From Candidatus Undinarchaeales archaeon (GTDB lineage: Archaea; SpSt-1190; JASMDC01): 64,000 bases of DNA. The position numbers and the translations under genes were made by a program. The stretch spans positions 32,001 to 96,000 of the forward strand of contig JASMDC010000004.1 of assembly GCA_030753015.1 (NCBI GenBank), read 5' to 3'. Below are positions 44,688-54,266 of this stretch, piece after piece; positions within the stretch are counted from its first letter, which is position 1, and each line of letters begins with the position of its first letter. Below the pieces are notes generated by a model. The model saw only the letters and a program-made list of their open reading frames with translations, ran no database searches and was not told the DNA's origin.

Positions 44688-45960
44688 TGTGTCTCGCCTC
44701 CTGCCAAAAGACCATGGTCTCGGGAATGACCTCGATGGGAACCCTCCTGATGAGGGGCGTGAGCTGCCAGGCCTCGGGCAGGCGCCGTCGTCCCGTAATG
44801 TACTCCTGAACGTATTCCGGATACTTGTCGTGGAAGAGCGCCCACACACGGAAGAGCTTGATCATGTTCGGAAGTACGTCCCGCCAGCCGAATATCCGCG
44901 CTCTTCCGGTGATAAGCACGGCCTTGTTCTTCATCACGTCATCAGGGTCCCGGACATCTATAAGGAACGCTATCCTTGGGTTCTGCTGGATGTTCCTCAC
45001 CTTCTTCGAGCCCACGGAGGTCTGGAAATAGACCGAATGCCCGTCGAAGACATACGCGACCGGTGTCACATGTGGCATTCGTCGATCATCGGCAGTGCCG
45101 ACATGGGCGAACATCCCTTCCTCCACAAGGGAATGGATGTCCGGGGGCAGCCAGGGTATCCCTCCGATCAGATGAAGGGAGAGGAATGAGACGCAGACGA
45201 TGTAGAGTGAATACAATAACAGGAAGGATGTCAACAAGGTGTCCGTTATGAACACGGGGATGAGGAGAAGTGAGAAGAGTCCAAAGAGGAAGAACTTCGA
45301 ATCGATGTTCCTCAGCCCGTTCAGGTCGTGGAGCGGCGTGTACTCCAACTTCCTACGCCATCCCAGCTCGATCCTGAACATGATCGAACGCACCAGGGAG
45401 ACAGAGGTGACCCATATACCAAGCCCCATCCTGTACGAGACGTCCCAGTGAAGCAGGTACACAAGGAAAAGGACGACGGGATTTGCCTGGTCGCCGAACC
45501 ACGTCACAAGCAGGCTCGTCTCCCACGGCATCCAGTTGTTCAGGTAGGCGAAAGAGAGCACGAAGATCACCACCCCGGGCGCCATCTCCAGGTGTCTGGG
45601 CGAGAAAAGGCGCTTTCGGTATCTCTTGAGGATTAGGCTCTCCGAAAGGCTGCGAGACGGCTTGAAATCACGTATGATGGGTCCTAGCTCGAGCGCGAGA
45701 ATGCTCCATAAAATGGTCGTGAGGATTACGATGGAGCCAAAAAGTACGGTCCGGATTTCCAGATCGAAATACCTTCCGAGCGCGATTCCGATGAGCTCCA
45801 TGAGGATTAGCTGCGCGAGCACGTTGTACCGTCGGGGAAGATGCGAGAGCAATGGCAGCCTCTCCGCAATGGATTCGTACACCCATTTATGTTCGAACTC
45901 TCCTTCCTCTTCCTGCTGTCGACAGATGTTATGATCATCTCGTGCAGTCTCAGAGGGCAT
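44671..45960 (-). CDS. Membrane domain (about 6 TM) fused to a PNPOx-like split-barrel domain
   Basis: Hydrophobic N-terminal 270 aa, then PHVTPVAY, SKKVRNIQQNPRIAFLID and AVLITGRA. Confidence 0.8.
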   Translation of the reverse strand: MPSETARDDHNICRQQEEEGEFEHKWVYESIAERLPLLSHLPRRYNVLAQLILMELIGIALGRYFDLEIRTVLFGSIVILTTILWSILALELGPIIRDFKPSRSLSESLILKRYRKRLFSPRHLEMAPGVVIFVLSFAYLNNWMPWETSLLVTWFGDQANPVVLFLVYLLHWDVSYRMGLGIWVTSVSLVRSIMFRIELGWRRKLEYTPLHDLNGLRNIDSKFFLFGLFSLLLIPVFITDTLLTSFLLLYSLYIVCVSFLSLHLIGGIPWLPPDIHSLVEEGMFAHVGTADDRRMPHVTPVAYVFDGHSVYFQTSVGSKKVRNIQQNPRIAFLIDVRDPDDVMKNKAVLITGRARIFGWRDVLPNMIKLFRVWALFHDKYPEYVQEYITGRRRLPEAWQLTPLIRRVPIEVIPETMVFWQEARHIALPV

Positions 45961-46201
45961 TGGAGTCGCATCCTTGCTAGGGGATTCGTTCTGGACCGGA
46001 CAGGGAGGCTAGGACCATTCCAAAGGGCGGGATCTTGAATGATCTCCATGTGTCCATGTTCGTCCTCGGCCGGGATTCACAATTGTTATATCAGATAAAA
46101 GCATATCGGTAGCATCGGCCTTGTCAACGGTTTTAATGTAGAAAGCCCTCCTCCTTTCATGTGTGGGAAGAATAAAGGGAGCATACAAGTACATGCTCTG
46201 G

Positions 46202-47119
46202 TCATGGGCGGACAGTCTCCATCTCTATCTCGCTGGGAAATCCCATAATCCTATCGAGATGACGCAGGTAAAGGAGCACGGAGGGTAGCGTCTCGTTCTC
46301 CGAGAGCTCGCACATGAGCCTTTGGTGATACTCCTGCTCTAGCCGCCGCAGGGTTCTGATCCATCCATCCCGTGTCTCGTAAGCATTTCCCTCCCCGGTC
46401 GTCCCCAGGTCATCCAGGTCATCACGGAGCTGGTAGAGGGTGCCGAGCTCGAGGCCGATGTGTGCGCACCTTTCCTGAACGTCAGTGGAAGCGCCTGCGA
46501 CCAGTGCGCCCAGCCGGCACGACGCCGAGAAGAAACAACCCGTCTTCCATCTGATCATGCGAAGGTACTCCTCGGGAGTTGTGGTCGCGTCATTTGCCAG
46601 CGTGATCTCTAGAATCTGCCCCTCCTGGGTCCTTGCCGCAGCTTCAAAGAAGTTACGGGAGACCTCGCCGGAGTCGATCTCCAGAAGAATCCTGAAGGAC
46701 TCCCTGAGGAGGACATCCCCCGCAAGGACTGCGGCCCCGGTTCCGGCCTGTACGTGGATGCACGGAACCCCCCTTCGAGTGGTGTCGTCGTCGATTATGT
46801 CGTCGTGGATGAGGCTGTAGTTGTGCATGAGCTCCAGCAGGGTACAGAGCTTCTCCATGAGGTCCTCATCCTCTTGTGAAAGGGACCCGCCCTTGAGGTC
46901 CGTGTAGCAGAGGTATAGGAGGAGCGAACGGAGCCGCTTTCCGCCCCCGACCACGTGTTGACGGAGCAGGGATCCAAGGGGCCTAGGGAGGGTCTCGAGC
47001 CGCGATCCTATCATGGAATCTACGATTTCCTTGACATGCGATAGGGTGTCGGTAAGGTCCGATGATCCCTTCTCGACCATGGAACTCCCTGACAAATTGC
47101 CTATTGCCTGTGCTATCAC
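46202..47119 (-). CDS. Polyprenyl diphosphate synthase (short-chain GGPP/FPP type)
   Basis: Motifs GGKRLR, FARM HDDIIDDDTTRRG, GQ, KT and SARM QLRDDLDD. The start is GTG 47119 (overlapping the flxA stop) or ATG 47080. Confidence 0.85.
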   Translation of the reverse strand: MIAQAIGNLSGSSMVEKGSSDLTDTLSHVKEIVDSMIGSRLETLPRPLGSLLRQHVVGGGKRLRSLLLYLCYTDLKGGSLSQEDEDLMEKLCTLLELMHNYSLIHDDIIDDDTTRRGVPCIHVQAGTGAAVLAGDVLLRESFRILLEIDSGEVSRNFFEAAARTQEGQILEITLANDATTTPEEYLRMIRWKTGCFFSASCRLGALVAGASTDVQERCAHIGLELGTLYQLRDDLDDLGTTGEGNAYETRDGWIRTLRRLEQEYHQRLMCELSENETLPSVLLYLRHLDRIMGFPSEIEMETVRP

Positions 47120-47952
47120 ATCTCCCCCTTGACGTCCTTCAGCACGTCCCACGAGAACACCGGCCCGTCCTTGCAGACGTAGACGTTGCCGATGTTGCAG
47201 CGCCCGCACTTGCCGATGCCGCACTTCATCCGCATCTCAAGGGTTGTGAAGATCTGGTCCGGTGTGAAGCCGAGCTTCTCTAGGGCCTGTATCACGAACT
47301 TGATCATAATGGGCGGGCCGCAGGTGATGGCGATGGTGTTCTCAGGCGAGGGAGCAATACGCGTGAGGTTGGTGGGGACGAATCCCACGAAGCGCGTCCA
47401 TCCCTCCTCCTCGTTGTCGATGGAGAGGTGGACGTCCACATCGTCACGCTTCTCCATCTCTTCGAGCTCCCCCATGAAGCACAGGTCTGCGGTGGAGCGC
47501 GCGCCGTAGATCACGTCCAGCTTCCCGTAGTCCTTCCGGTTATCCATGACATACTGTATGAGGGAGCGCAGCGGCGCCTGGCCGATCCCGCCCCCGATGC
47601 AGAGGATGTTCTTGCCCTTCCATTCGTCCACGGGGAACCCGTTACCGTAGGGGCCGCGGACGCCAACCGTTTCGTCCACCTCCAGCTCGTGGAGGGCGCG
47701 TGTTACCTTGCCCAGCCTCATGATGCTGAACTCCAGGTACCCCTTCTTGGTAGGGGAGCAGGAGATGGCGAAGAAGCATTCCCCCTTCCCGAGGAGGGTG
47801 ACCATGCCACACTGCCCTGGGATGTAATCGAAGCTGTCGGCGAGCTCGGCATCGTTGAACCGCACCCTGAAGGTCTTGATGGCCCGCTCACCTTTTACCT
47901 CCTCCTTGAGGCCGATGATCGTGGCCATGTTCGGTACGTACGGATTCTCCAT
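47116..47952 (-). CDS. flxA: FlxA / AsrB-HydG-like FAD/NAD-binding oxidoreductase with [2Fe-2S]
   Basis: Motifs PGQ, RGPYGNGF, GGGIG.APL, CGPPIM and MKCGIGKCGRC...CKDGPVF. Confidence 0.85.
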   Translation of the reverse strand: MENPYVPNMATIIGLKEEVKGERAIKTFRVRFNDAELADSFDYIPGQCGMVTLLGKGECFFAISCSPTKKGYLEFSIMRLGKVTRALHELEVDETVGVRGPYGNGFPVDEWKGKNILCIGGGIGQAPLRSLIQYVMDNRKDYGKLDVIYGARSTADLCFMGELEEMEKRDDVDVHLSIDNEEEGWTRFVGFVPTNLTRIAPSPENTIAITCGPPIMIKFVIQALEKLGFTPDQIFTTLEMRMKCGIGKCGRCNIGNVYVCKDGPVFSWDVLKDVKGEM

Positions 47953-48960
47953 CTAGATCCCTCCGAGCGTGGAGAGCTCCTCCACGATGCTGAGCCCCAC
48001 CGGGCAGTTCGAGGCGCATCTTCCGCAGCCCACGCAGGCGATGACACCGAAGTTGTCGGGGTAGTACTGGTACTTGTGCAGGATCCGGTTCCTCATCCGG
48101 TTCTTCCTCCCGGGCCGGGGGTTGTACCCGGAGCCGTGGAGGGTGTACTCGGGATTGCTACAGCTGTCCCACACGCGGATCCGCCGTCCCTTCCGTCCCC
48201 GGACCTCGTCCTGGATGTCAAAGCAGTGGCAGGTAGGGCAGAGATAGGTGCAGTTGTAGCACCCCAGGCATGTCTGTGCCATGTCCTCCCAGACAGGATG
48301 GTCGAACAGCGTCTTCAGCTTCTCGGGAAGCCCCGAGACGTCCACCGTTCGTTTGATGGCGCTCTCGGCGCGTTCCCTGATCTCATCGGCGGTCCCGGCC
48401 TCGTCGGTGGCCTCCTCGAAGAGCTCCTCGTTCTCCGTAAGAAGCGTCTTTCCTTTCTCGGTGACGCTCCGCACGAGGAACCGGTCACCCATGTCCACCA
48501 AGAGCAGGTCCAGCCCTGTGGTGTCGAAGGGACCGGCGCCCAGTGAGGTGCAGAAGCAGTTCCTACCGGGGATCGCGCACGCCAGGCCTACGAGCACCGT
48601 ATTCTCCCGCCGTCTGATGTAGTAAGGGTCCTTGAAGTCCTTCGTGAACAGCGGATCCAGGATGGCGAAAGAGCGTGCGTCACAGGGCCGGATGCCAAGG
48701 ACCATCCGCTTTATCGTCTCGGGCGTTCGTTCGGCGATCGTCTTCCCATCGAAGGCGAACAGCTCCTCAGTCTGCGGGAAGAATATCTTCTTAGGAGGCA
48801 CCACGGAGTTCGCATAATCCCATGCGATGTCGGATGCCTTGCTCACGGTCTCGAAGGAGACCGTCGTGCCCTTCCTGACGGGGGCTATGACCTCGTATCC
48901 CAGCTTGGTGATGAGCTCGTCGAGCCTGTCCTTTTTGAGTACAGCGTCCATGATGATCAC
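47953..48960 (-). CDS. flxB: FlxB / AsrA-HydB-like 4Fe-4S protein
   Basis: Motifs RPCD, CFCTS, CLGCYNCTYLCPTCHCF, WDSC and CVGCGRC..NCP. Confidence 0.85.
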   Translation of the reverse strand: MIIMDAVLKKDRLDELITKLGYEVIAPVRKGTTVSFETVSKASDIAWDYANSVVPPKKIFFPQTEELFAFDGKTIAERTPETIKRMVLGIRPCDARSFAILDPLFTKDFKDPYYIRRRENTVLVGLACAIPGRNCFCTSLGAGPFDTTGLDLLLVDMGDRFLVRSVTEKGKTLLTENEELFEEATDEAGTADEIRERAESAIKRTVDVSGLPEKLKTLFDHPVWEDMAQTCLGCYNCTYLCPTCHCFDIQDEVRGRKGRRIRVWDSCSNPEYTLHGSGYNPRPGRKNRMRNRILHKYQYYPDNFGVIACVGCGRCASNCPVGLSIVEELSTLGGI

Positions 48961-49911
48961 CTACTGGATGAAGTCCTCCTCATCATCCGTCTTGAACGAC
49001 CCGAGCAGCGGCTTGGCCTCGGGATCGGTGCCGGAGGAGTACCCGAAGATGTCCTCAGCCTCGCGTGCCATCCTCTTGTTCAGGGTCATGAGGGGGATGC
49101 CCACGGGGCAGGCGCGTTCGCACGCGCCGCACTCCGCACACCGTCCCGCGTGGTGGAAGGCGCGAATGAAGTGCCACATGGTGTTCTCGGAGAGGTTCAC
49201 GGACCTCTTGACCCAGTTGGGCTTGAGCGAGTCACCCGCGCAAACCTCGCAGAAGCAGAGCGGGCACGCCTGTCGGCAGGCAAAGCACCGGATGCATTTG
49301 CTGAACTTGTCAGACCAAAACGCCCAGCGCTCCTCTGCGCTCATGCCCTCGGTGGGATCGCTCGCCTCCCCGCCGCGGGGCTCAACGGGCTCACCCAGCA
49401 TGACGTCGGCCATGAGCGGGGTGGGGTAGGTACAGGTGAGGCACTCGTCGAACAGCACGTCCTCCTTCTTCAAGGTCTGCTCGCCGTCCCTCGTCTTGAT
49501 GATGAACGTGTCGCCATCCTCGGATATCTCGAGGATGTCGTCCTCGATAACCTCCTGATAGAGCTTGTCCGGTTCGATCATCCCCGTGCAGGGAACACCC
49601 AGGATGACGAGGTCGTCCCGCTCGACACCCCGTTCCTGCAATACCTGAATCAGGGCGCGGGCATCGCACCCCTTGACGATCAGGGCGACCTTCTTCTTCT
49701 CGGGGTCCGTGGGGGGCTCGAGCGTAAGGTATACGGTGAGGTTGTGCTTGCACATGGGCGTGAGGATCAGCCGGTCAGCATCGTCCGGCGAGGTGATGAT
49801 GCAGGGTCTCGCACCCTGGCCTAACTCCCCCTTCTCGTAGCCGATCACGGACGCCACCTTGCCCGTGCTGAGAAGGTCGCGGACGGTGTCCCTCATCTTC
49901 TCTTCGTCCAT
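48961..49911 (-). CDS. flxC: FlxC / FdhB-like 4Fe-4S protein
   Basis: Motifs KGCD, CIRCFACRQACPLCFCEVC and AGRCAECGACERACP. Confidence 0.8.
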   Translation of the reverse strand: MDEEKMRDTVRDLLSTGKVASVIGYEKGELGQGARPCIITSPDDADRLILTPMCKHNLTVYLTLEPPTDPEKKKVALIVKGCDARALIQVLQERGVERDDLVILGVPCTGMIEPDKLYQEVIEDDILEISEDGDTFIIKTRDGEQTLKKEDVLFDECLTCTYPTPLMADVMLGEPVEPRGGEASDPTEGMSAEERWAFWSDKFSKCIRCFACRQACPLCFCEVCAGDSLKPNWVKRSVNLSENTMWHFIRAFHHAGRCAECGACERACPVGIPLMTLNKRMAREAEDIFGYSSGTDPEAKPLLGSFKTDDEEDFIQ

Positions 49912-49913
49912 GG

Positions 49914-50339
49914 TCAGACCTCCCTCACGAACTGCTCGTTCGGTCCGAGCTTCCGCACGTCCTCGGTGACCTTCTTGATCACGTCCGCGAACTTCGGGCC
50001 CTCGGAGGCGGAGACCCAACTCATCTGGACCCGACCGGAATCTATGCCCACGTACTCCAAGAGCCGCGTTATGAGGTTCATTCTCCTTCGGGCGAAGTAG
50101 TTGCCCTGGATGTAGTGGCAGTCACCCGGATGACAACCCGAGATCAGCACCCCGTCCGCGCCCTGTTGCAGGGCATGGAGCACCAGCAGGGGATTGATCC
50201 GGCCGCTGCACATCACTCGCACCACCCGAACGCTGGGCGGGTACTGGATCCTGCTGGTGCCAGTGAGGTCCGCTCCCGCGTACGAGCACCAGTTGCACAG
50301 GAATGCCACGATCTTGGGCTCAAAGTCGTCCTCTGCCAT
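49914..50339 (-). CDS. mvhD: MvhD/FlxD [2Fe-2S] subunit
   Basis: Motifs FLCNWCSYAGAD, MCSGR, GCHPGDCHY..GN and WVSASEG. Confidence 0.95.
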   Translation of the reverse strand: MAEDDFEPKIVAFLCNWCSYAGADLTGTSRIQYPPSVRVVRVMCSGRINPLLVLHALQQGADGVLISGCHPGDCHYIQGNYFARRRMNLITRLLEYVGIDSGRVQMSWVSASEGPKFADVIKKVTEDVRKLGPNEQFVREV

Positions 50340-50344
50340 GGTTA

Positions 50345-53300
50345 TCACCACTCCGTCATTGCATCGAGCGTGGACATCAGCTGCTCGTCCGTGAATCCCT
50401 TCTGCTGCATCGCACCCGACAGACAGGCAGCGGCGCACGAGCCGCAGCCCTTGCACAGCGAAGCGTTCACCGATGCCACGGTCACCTCCTGGCCCGACCG
50501 CTGCTTCCTGGTGACCAGCTCCACGGCACTATAGGGACAGACCTCGACGCAGAACCCACATCCGCGGCACAGCGACTCATCCACCGAGGAGATGGTCGCA
50601 ATGGTCTCCATCTCCGTCTTCGATATGATGGTGCCGGCCCTGGACGCGACGGCATTCGCCTGGGCGATGGTCTCATCCAGGAGCTTGGGGAAGTGTGCGG
50701 ACCCACACAGGAAGACACCGTCGGTGGCGAAATCCACGGGCCGGAGCTTTGCATGCGCCTCGAGGTAGAATCCATCGGGCCCCACGGGGACCTTGAAGGC
50801 CTGGCTCAGACCCTCGGTCTCGTTGGGGACGATGGGGGTGCTCAGGACAACGAGGTCGGCCTTGATCCTGAGGGTTTTGCCGAGGAAGTGGTCATAGACA
50901 TCGACCGTTCCGTCCTCTGCGACCTCCGGCTCGCTGTTGGCCGAGTAGCGCACGAACAGGACGCCCTTCGTCCGGGCTTCCGTGTAGAGGGGCTCCCAGA
51001 GGCCATAGGTCTGGATGTCCCGGAAGAGCACGAAGACGTTCGTCTTGGGTGACCTCTCCTTCAGACTGATCGCGTTCTTTACGGCCTGGATGCAGCATAT
51101 CCTCGAGCAGTAGGTCCTCGGTGGCGTGTTCTCGCGGGAGCCGACGCACTGGATCATGACCACGTTCTTCGCATCGGTATCGTCCAATCGCGTCTCCAGC
51201 TCTGCCTGTGTGATGACCTTGTCCGAGGTGGAGTGGTGGAAGTATCCCTCCGGATCGAGGGGACTCCCGCCTGTGGCGAGGACGGCGGCACCGAATTGGA
51301 TCTCTTCGTCGTTCAGTCTGGCCTTGAAGTTCCCGACGCTGCCTGAAACGTCCTCGAGCACGGCATCGGTGACGACGCTGATGAGCTCGTTGGAGGTCAC
51401 CCTCTTGGTGAACTCCTCCGCGATCTCCTTCCCGCTCTGGCCCGTGTGCAGACGTGGAACGTCGAGTAGGACTCCGCCCAGATGGTCAGACCTCTCCGCC
51501 AGGGTCACGGGGAAGCCCATTTCGGCGATGGCCAGGGCCGCGGTCATCCCGGCGACGCCCCCGCCAACGACGAGTGCTGACTGCTCCACGGTGAACTTCT
51601 CGATATGAAGGGGTTCAAGAAGACGGACCCGTTCCACCGACATGCGGACCAGGTCCTTGGCCTTCTCCGTGGCCCGCTCCTTCTCCTCCCGGTGGACCCA
51701 CGAGCAGTGTTCACGAATGTTCGCAAGGTCGAAGAGATGCGGGTTCAGTCCGGCTTCCCGCTGGGTGCCCTGGAAGAGGGGCTCGTGTGTCCGGGGGGTG
51801 CAGGCGGCCACCACGATCCGGTTCAGGTCGTGCTCCTTGATGGCCTCCTTGATCTTCAACTGATGATCTGAAGAACACGCGTAGATGGTCTCGGCCGAGT
51901 GTACGACATTGTCCAGGGTCTTCGCGTACTCGGCGACCTCCCGAACGTTCACCACGCTGCTGATGTTGATACCGCAGTGACAGACGAACACGCCGATCCT
52001 GGGCTTTCCGGATACGTCCTTCTCAGGGGGCAGTTCCTTTGACGATACGAGCTCGCCCCGGGCCTCGGAGATGGCCGCGCCCGCCTTGGCAGCAGCCCCG
52101 CTCGCCTGGGCCACGGTCTCGGGTATGTCCTTCGGTCCCTGGGATACTCCTGCGACGAATATCCCCGGCCGGTTCGTCTCCAGGGGCCTGTCCAGCGAGG
52201 TCCGCAGGTAGCCGAAGTCATCAATCTCAAGGCCGAGCGTCTCCGCGAGCCTGGATATGTTGGGTGTCGGGTCGAGCCCGGTACCGAGCACCACCATGTC
52301 GAAGTCCATCGTCCGGATCTTTCCGGTGTCCAGGTCCTCGTACTTGAGCGAGAGGCCCTCTGTCCTGGGATCTATCCGGATCGCGCCGATCCGTGATCGT
52401 ACGTAAGTGATCCCGAACTCGTTCTTGCCCCTCTCGTAGAACTCGTTGAACGCCTTACCACAGGCACGGACGTCCATGTAGAACATGTAGGGCTCGATGT
52501 CCGGATCGTGCTCTTTTGCGATGATTGCCTCTTTCGTCGTCATCATGCAGCATACCGACGAGCAGAGGTCCCTGTTGATGTGGGGGTTCCTCGAACCCAC
52601 GCATTGGATGAACGCGATCCTTCGCGGCGTTGTTCCGTCCGACGGCTTCTTCACATGTCCGCCGGTAGGACCGGAGGCGCTGAGGTATCGCTCGAACTCC
52701 AGCGAGGTCAGGACGTCGGGATGATGGTAGCCGAGCTCCGTCTGGTTGGTAGGATCGAACGGAGTGAAGCCCGTGGCGACGATGACCGAGCCGACGTCGA
52801 TGTCGAACTTCCGGTCCTCCTGCTCGAAGTCGATCGCACCGGCCCCGCACGCCTTCTCACAGAGGCGACACACACCCTTCGCGTGATAGAGACATTTCTC
52901 CTTGTCCATCACGGCAACCAGAGGCACAGCCTGGGGGAAGGGGATGCGGACGTTCTTGGTAACGACCGTCCCGGCGTTGTACTCGTCGGAAATCTTTATG
53001 GGGCATTTCTCCTGGCATAGCCCACAGCCGGTACACTTCTCCTCGTCCACAAAACGTGTCTTCTTCTTGATGGTGAGGCTGAAAGCACCCGCCTCTCCAG
53101 TGATGCCCTCCACCGTGGACATGGTCAGGAGCTCTATGTTCGGATGCCGCGCAATCCCAACGAGCTTCGGGCCCAGGATGCACATAGAGCAGTCGAGTGT
53201 GGGGAAGGTCTTGTCCAGCTGCGCCATCCGTCCACCGATGCTCGGCCCCTTCTCGATGAGGTACACCTTGAACCCAGAATCAGCAAGGTCGAGGGACGCC

Positions 53301-53407
53301 TGCATCCCGGCGATCCCGCCGCCGATGACCGCGACGGCGCCAACCTTCTTGCTCGCCGGTGGTGCCCCCTGGGCCTTATCATCCTTGGTCTCGTCAGTGT
53401 TGTTCAT
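50345..53407 (-). CDS. hdrA: Heterodisulfide reductase subunit A (long, two FAD-binding modules)
   Basis: Motifs GGGIAG, MAQLDKTFPTLDCSMC, QCVGSR (twice), CHCGINI, CTPRTHE, NIREHCSWVH and a second GGGVAG. Confidence 0.95.
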   Translation of the reverse strand: MNNTDETKDDKAQGAPPASKKVGAVAVIGGGIAGMQASLDLADSGFKVYLIEKGPSIGGRMAQLDKTFPTLDCSMCILGPKLVGIARHPNIELLTMSTVEGITGEAGAFSLTIKKKTRFVDEEKCTGCGLCQEKCPIKISDEYNAGTVVTKNVRIPFPQAVPLVAVMDKEKCLYHAKGVCRLCEKACGAGAIDFEQEDRKFDIDVGSVIVATGFTPFDPTNQTELGYHHPDVLTSLEFERYLSASGPTGGHVKKPSDGTTPRRIAFIQCVGSRNPHINRDLCSSVCCMMTTKEAIIAKEHDPDIEPYMFYMDVRACGKAFNEFYERGKNEFGITYVRSRIGAIRIDPRTEGLSLKYEDLDTGKIRTMDFDMVVLGTGLDPTPNISRLAETLGLEIDDFGYLRTSLDRPLETNRPGIFVAGVSQGPKDIPETVAQASGAAAKAGAAISEARGELVSSKELPPEKDVSGKPRIGVFVCHCGINISSVVNVREVAEYAKTLDNVVHSAETIYACSSDHQLKIKEAIKEHDLNRIVVAACTPRTHEPLFQGTQREAGLNPHLFDLANIREHCSWVHREEKERATEKAKDLVRMSVERVRLLEPLHIEKFTVEQSALVVGGGVAGMTAALAIAEMGFPVTLAERSDHLGGVLLDVPRLHTGQSGKEIAEEFTKRVTSNELISVVTDAVLEDVSGSVGNFKARLNDEEIQFGAAVLATGGSPLDPEGYFHHSTSDKVITQAELETRLDDTDAKNVVMIQCVGSRENTPPRTYCSRICCIQAVKNAISLKERSPKTNVFVLFRDIQTYGLWEPLYTEARTKGVLFVRYSANSEPEVAEDGTVDVYDHFLGKTLRIKADLVVLSTPIVPNETEGLSQAFKVPVGPDGFYLEAHAKLRPVDFATDGVFLCGSAHFPKLLDETIAQANAVASRAGTIISKTEMETIATISSVDESLCRGCGFCVEVCPYSAVELVTRKQRSGQEVTVASVNASLCKGCGSCAAACLSGAMQQKGFTDEQLMSTLDAMTEW

Positions 53408-53408
53408 C

Positions 53409-54266
53409 TCACTCCACCTCCAAGACCTTCAGCGGGGATACCATGTTCCGGCTCAGGCCCAGTTCCGAGGGATCTATCCCGAGGGCATAACCGAGGAGCT
53501 GTGTGAAGTAGAGGATCGGGATCTGGAACTTCTTCTTGAGCACCCGCTCCACCTTGAACTGGATCCCGTCCAGGGCCATGTGACACATGGGGCAGGGAAC
53601 GACGATGAAGTCTGCTCCCGCGTCCTGCGCCTCGGTGAGGATCTCCCCCGCCAGGGCGTAGGCATGATCCTCGTTCGTTACCATGAGCGGACCGCCGCAG
53701 CATTTGGACTTCCTCTCGAAGGGCAGGGGCTCCGCTCCCGCGAGCTTGATGATGGTATCGAGCGACGTGGGATTCTCCGGGTCCTCGTAGGCGACCTCCG
53801 CGGGCCGCACGATCAGGCACCCGTAGTAGCCGACGCCCTTCTTCCCCTTCAGGCGTCGCTTCACCTTCTTCTCGATTTCCTCGGATCCGAGGTCGTTGAC
53901 GAGCACATCGAGAAAACGCCTCGACTCGACCGTGCCCTCGAATTTCACGTCCATGATGTCGTTGATCTTGGTACGGAGCGCCTCGTCCTCGAGGAGCTCG
54001 CGATGCGCCCTCTTGACCCGGTTGAAGCATGCGCTGCACACCATGACGAGGTCCATTCCCTCCTTCTCTGCAACGGCCAGGTTCCTCGCCGGCAGTGCCA
54101 CCGAGGCGACGTGGTCGAGGGCCCCTACCTCCAACGCACCACAACAGTTCCAGTCCTCGATCTCTACAAGCTCGATGCCGAGCGCCTTGGCCACGGCCTT
54201 GGTCGACATGTTGTATTCCTTTGCAGAGGAGTCCAGGGAGCACCCGGGGAAATAGGCGTACTTCAT
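53409..54266 (-). CDS. hdrB: Heterodisulfide reductase subunit B
   Basis: Motifs YFPGC, WNCCG, CSAC, YYGC, CCGG and CPMC (two CCG domains). Confidence 0.95.
   Translation of the reverse strand: MKYAYFPGCSLDSSAKEYNMSTKAVAKALGIELVEIEDWNCCGALEVGALDHVASVALPARNLAVAEKEGMDLVMVCSACFNRVKRAHRELLEDEALRTKINDIMDVKFEGTVESRRFLDVLVNDLGSEEIEKKVKRRLKGKKGVGYYGCLIVRPAEVAYEDPENPTSLDTIIKLAGAEPLPFERKSKCCGGPLMVTNEDHAYALAGEILTEAQDAGADFIVVPCPMCHMALDGIQFKVERVLKKKFQIPILYFTQLLGYALGIDPSELGLSRNMVSPLKVLEVE

Noticed and set aside
47116-48960. Calling these genes sulfhydrogenase (hydBG) or anaerobic sulfite reductase (asrAB)
   Set aside because: There are no adjacent NiFe hydrogenase subunits or asrC, and the position after hdrCBA-mvhD fits flxBA.
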